64,000 nucleotides of DNA from Prorocentrum cordatum (lineage: Eukaryota), in assembly GCA_963575745.1 (NCBI GenBank), contig CAUYUJ010000289.1:1-64000 (forward strand), given 5' to 3'. A program made the position numbers and the translations under genes. Position 1 is the first letter of the stretch, and each line of letters opens with the position of its first letter. Under the pieces are notes generated by a model, which saw only the letters and a list, made by a program, of their open reading frames with translations, was not told where the DNA came from and did not search any database. Below are positions 59,886-64,000 of this stretch, one piece after another.

Positions 59886-62550
59886 ATATACATATCATTA
59901 TTATAGTGTATATATATAAACCTATGTATAAACATATACAAACATATACAGACATATATAATCAAGGGATGGTGGGGGCAGAGTGTGGGTGGTGGGGGGT
60001 GCCCTCATGGAGTCGGGTTGGTTCCCATTCGCCTGAGGGAAGGGGTATCTATCAATACGGAACAGTGATAAACCCCTCCCCGAAAAGGGAAGAAAGGAGG
60101 TGGAAGAGGCAACGCTCTCGACCAGCACCGCCTTGAGGGCTGGTGACATTATAGATTGTACCACACAGGCGGCCCCGCATAAGCTGCATAACATACATGG
60201 ATCCATATATATATATATATATATGGAGGTATATCTATATATGGTTCCACATTGGCAACGCAACATCGATTGCCCAACATACGTTGCGCAACATGTGTCG
60301 TGCACATTATTAGATTGCGCTACATGTGTTGACCCACATATTCTGTGCAACATCTAACGTCAGCAACACACGGATTTGGGTCCACGCTGCGTAACACCTC
60401 TTCGCGATTGGGGATCCTTTGGGACTGGGAGCAGGCGGACGGCCAGAACGCTTCACACGCCTGGCCACTTTTAATAAAAAGGGGGGTTCGGCGGGCAATT
60501 GTTCTCTCCCTCTCGTCGCTCCTCCGTCGGTCGGTCCTCTTTGCCAAGTCGTCGTTCCTCGCTGCTCCTCTGTGCAGCCTCTCTTTGCTTTGCTTCTGAT
60601 GTGTTCGATTGCGCCCGCTTTGTGACTCCGCAGTGACGCCTGGGCGGGTGCCCGGCGGAGGGGGGGTTCTCGGGGTTTGGGCGGGAGGGGGGCGAATGTC
60701 AGGCGATCGCAGAAATGGATCAAGGGGGCGTGGATTAGCGACGGGTCCCGTTTCCATGGGAAATCGCGGATTGCCGCCGCTGAGCGAGGCGCCGACGGCC
60801 GCACGTTGGGGAGGGCACCTTCCGATCCATGGATTTGGCGACCGCGCGTCAAATCCATGGATCGCTAATCCATGTTTGCGTGCCCCCGAAAGGGGGCAAA
60901 TGGGGGGGGTCAGTCGAGACGCTGAAAAAAGGAACGCATCTCGAGTTCGGAAGGGGCTCGCCTTTCCTCAGATCCTTCCACGGTCGTTCCTCTGGCGCTC
61001 CTCGTGCACGCAGGTGTGTTGATAGGGGCCAATGCTTCTGCCGGGGTGAGGAGGGAGAAAGCGCAGGAATTGGGTCAGCTATGCGTGAGCACGTGTTGGG
61101 TTCGATGCGTGGGCCTTATTTCAAGGGAGGAAAAGCCACCCGGACCGGACAATTAGCGTTTACTAAACGGCCCTGGGCGTTTATTAAACAGCCCTGCCCA
61201 GCTTGATTCCTTCTTTGGGCGCGTTTACTAAACGGCTTCGCCTGTCGGGGTGGTTATTCTGGGGATGGATTTTTTGACCCTTATATTTATCGCTCCGCAC
61301 GCAGCGGAGCTGACTGACAAAGCAGGGCTACGACACACAACATACGCGCGCATACACATACACGCCAACCGCTGCAAGCGCGACGGCGAATACTTGCCAC
61401 ATCCTCTGTCCGCATTGCGTCGCCGCCGTTGCCGTCGCCGTCGCCGTCGCCGTCGTCGATGCTGGCCGCCCCCCACCGGCATTGTTGTTTTTTTGTTTTT
61501 CATCCGCGCCCCCGAGGGTTGAGCAGTCTTCCCCTGGGGCAGTTTTCGTCTGGGATCCGTTTTCGATGTAACATAACTCAAGGGCTTCAAAAACGCCCCT
61601 ACCCTTGTTTACGAGGCGCTGTGCGCTGAAACTCCTGTGGGCTGACAGGGTAAACCCTGCGCGATGTGCGGCGTCCTGGCGTCCTCTAGGCTTTGGGGGT
61701 TCCCAGGAGGTTTACCGACTACGCACTTGTAACCCAGGGTAGGGTCGTTTTTTCATCCCTCAAATAACGGGCCTGATCGTCAGATCGCTCCACATCCGAA
61801 GCCCGAAAACCATCACGTCACTAATTTGGGGCCCCAGGGCCCACTGAGGCCCCAGGGGCCCCAGATTAGTGAAATGATGTTTTTCCCACGTAAGGACCCC
61901 GAAATTCATCACTTCACTAAGCCGAGCCCAGGACGAAAGTCAGAGGCCGAATTGCTGCTGTGATGCAACATCGGTCTCGTATCCACATTGGCCAGCTCTG
62001 GGCCACCCGCGGCGTCCCACCCGGAGTCTCCGCGCCGGGGTCGCAGCCGCGCCGGCACGACGCGAGCCCATCGCAGAGGTCGCGTGGGCACGGCGTGCGC
62101 ACTCACGGGGGGGGGTGGCGGAGACCCCTCCTCCTCCTCCTCCCCCTCCTCCTCCTCGTCCTCCTCCCCCTTCTCCTCCTCCTCCTCCTCCTCCTACTCC
62201 TCCTCCTCCTCCTCGAAGACCTCCTCCTCTTCGAAGTCCTCCCTCCCCTCCTCCTCCTGCCTTCCCGCTCGGGTTGCGGGTTGCGGGGTGGCGGGGAAGC
62301 AGACTTGGCATTGCTTCAAGCACTTGCGCTCGTCTGCGCCGTTTCGGTCTTTGGGCCAGTTGGCCTCGCCTGCGGGCGTCGCGGGGGCCGCGCGGCCGAG
62401 TTGGCCGCAGATGCTCGAATCAATGCCAAGCCGAGGGAAGTGTCCGAGATCGAGCGGGCTGACGAAAAGCCCGAGCGTCTGAGATTTTGGGCCCGCCCTC
62501 GCTCGTGCCGTCTGCCGCCGCCGTCTGCCGGCGCCGCGGCGCCCCCCGAG

Positions 62551-62595
62551 GAGTGGAGGGCGCAGCGGGGCCTGCAGCTCCGGGAGCGGGCGCAG
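62551..62595 (+). CDS. Host gene exon H (EWRAQRGLQLRERAQ)
   Basis: ccgag|GAG acceptor and CAG|GT donor; 45 nt, phase 0 at both ends. Confidence 0.5.
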
Positions 62596-62970
62596 GTGGC
62601 CGCCGACCCGGGCAGGCCCTGCAGGGGCTCGCCCTGCTTGCCCGCCTCAACTTACGTAGGGCGTGTCCCCCTACAGGGGGATTTTCGTCGAAAAATAGAA
62701 GGTACCCCAAAAGTGCCCCCCAAAAGGCAACAAACATATTAGAAAAATAGTCCCCAGACTATTTTTGGACTATTTTTTGATTCTTTTTGGGGTATTTGTT
62801 AGTTTTCGTCGAAAATCCCGCTGTAGGGGGACAGGCCCGACTTAAGCCTCGTCCCCGGAGATCCGAGGTTCCGAAGAAGACCGAGCGGCCAGTGTCTGGC
62901 TACTTTGGGCCTCTGTGGGCCCTCCACGAGCCCCAGGGCCGTCCACAGAAAGACCTGGGACGAAGAACGT

Positions 62971-63143
62971 CGGGGGCGGCAAGGGGGGGGGCGATGACCA
63001 GGGGGGTGTGGACATCATGGCGGGGGCCTTGAGATCTCCCCAGATTTCATGGCACCACTTCCTATTTCAACACGTCCTAGGCCCCCCCCCCTGGGGCCGC
63101 GCACGTGCCGCTGGCCATGATTTGCGCCCCCCCCCCCTCCCCG
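62971..63143. mobile_element. MITE family A copy, right TIR partly deleted
   Basis: cgggggcggcaaggggggg start and colinear interior. Flanking 7-mers are AGAACGT and AGAGCGG. Confidence 0.7.
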
Positions 63144-64000
63144 AGAGCGGGTCCAGGGGAAGCTGTCCAGACCTCCCGGGGTTCACGCATCCCTCAAAAA
63201 ATGGCAGCGCCGGACGCCTGGGCCCTCGGCCTCCTTCGGCTCCTATCGGAGTTCTCGGACGTTTCCGTCGGCACCTGGCGGCCGTCCTGCCTCGGGATGA
63301 CGTTCACTGATGCTGCGCCTCGCCGAGAGCGTTCTCGGAGGGCGCCCGAGTCGTCCCGAGCGGCCTCCAGAGGCCCGGGCTATGGCCCGAAAGCCAGGGG
63401 AGGGAGAGAGTCGCGCACACGAAAGAGTGACCCCCCGCCGGAGTGACCGTTTGGTGCGCGGCTTTCGGGGGGCTCTGGGTGTCCGCGCCAGAGCACGCAG
63501 GCTGGCACTGCCGCATTCGGAGAAGAGAAACGCTATAAACACAAACTTTTGGCGCTCCGCGCGGATTCCTTGGACTCGCGCTGGGCCCTCCTGGCGGCGC
63601 CTCCGGCGCCGCCCCTGGCGCGCCCAGCGCGCCAGGGAGAGGGGTCCAGCGCGGATCCAAGAAATCCGCGCGGAGCGCCAAAAGTTTGTGTTTACGGTGT
63701 TGTTTCTTCTTCTACGCATCGCATGCAGTGATCGCTATGCCGCGCACCACAGGTCACTCTTGCCCAGGGTCGCTCTCGCGTGCAGCCAGCTCCTCGTCCT
63801 CGCCGCCCTCCGAGGCCTCCCCGCCCCACCCCCTCCCCCGAACCCGCGCGCGCCCTGGGCCCCTCCTCCTCTCCTCATCTCCTCCTCCTCCTCCTCCTCC
63901 TCCCTCCTCCTCCTCCTCTCTCACGCCTCCTCCTCCTCGCCTCCCTCCTCCTCCTCTCCCCTCCTGACGCTCCTCCTCCTCCTCCTCCTCTACGCCTTCC

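Noticed and set aside
62868..63814. Further candidate exons (62868 onward; 63768-63814)
   Set aside because: Splice-like contexts exist, but there is no domain pattern or confident phase chain.

Overview
Eukaryotic, GC-rich, repeat-saturated genomic DNA. It is almost certainly dinoflagellate: it carries two copies of the dinoflagellate spliced leader (DinoSL) and GC/GA splice donors. A Prorocentrum-like source is an inference. There is a 100-N scaffold gap at 34544-34643. Nearly all ORFs in the supplied track are artefacts of microsatellites and satellites. The real content is: (1) a host gene on + encoding cyclic-nucleotide-binding-like domains, read as about 8 micro-exons (35-146 bp) over about 56 kb. 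One of its introns is essentially a TIR element (Introner-like), and most introns begin with a copy of the next exon's first bases. (2) Two unrelated non-LTR retrotransposons (LINEs) that both begin exactly with DinoSL, both sit in trinucleotide microsatellites, and both lie sense to the host gene. One is full-length (13690-19896; ORF1, then APE-RT-RNase H-Cys/His; degraded) in (CCT)n. The other is 3'-truncated yet flanked by a 19-bp target-site duplication (30510-32060) in (CAT)n. (3) A decayed RTE-like LINE, two PIF1/Helitron-like helicase fragments, at least seven MITE families and several mini/satellites. The lead hypothesis is a promoter-less, microsatellite-targeting LINE lifestyle: the integrated SL relic (ending in AG, downstream of a pyrimidine-rich microsatellite) would act as the trans-splice acceptor that regenerates the element's 5' end from host read-through transcripts. 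All motif calls are by eye; no searches were run.
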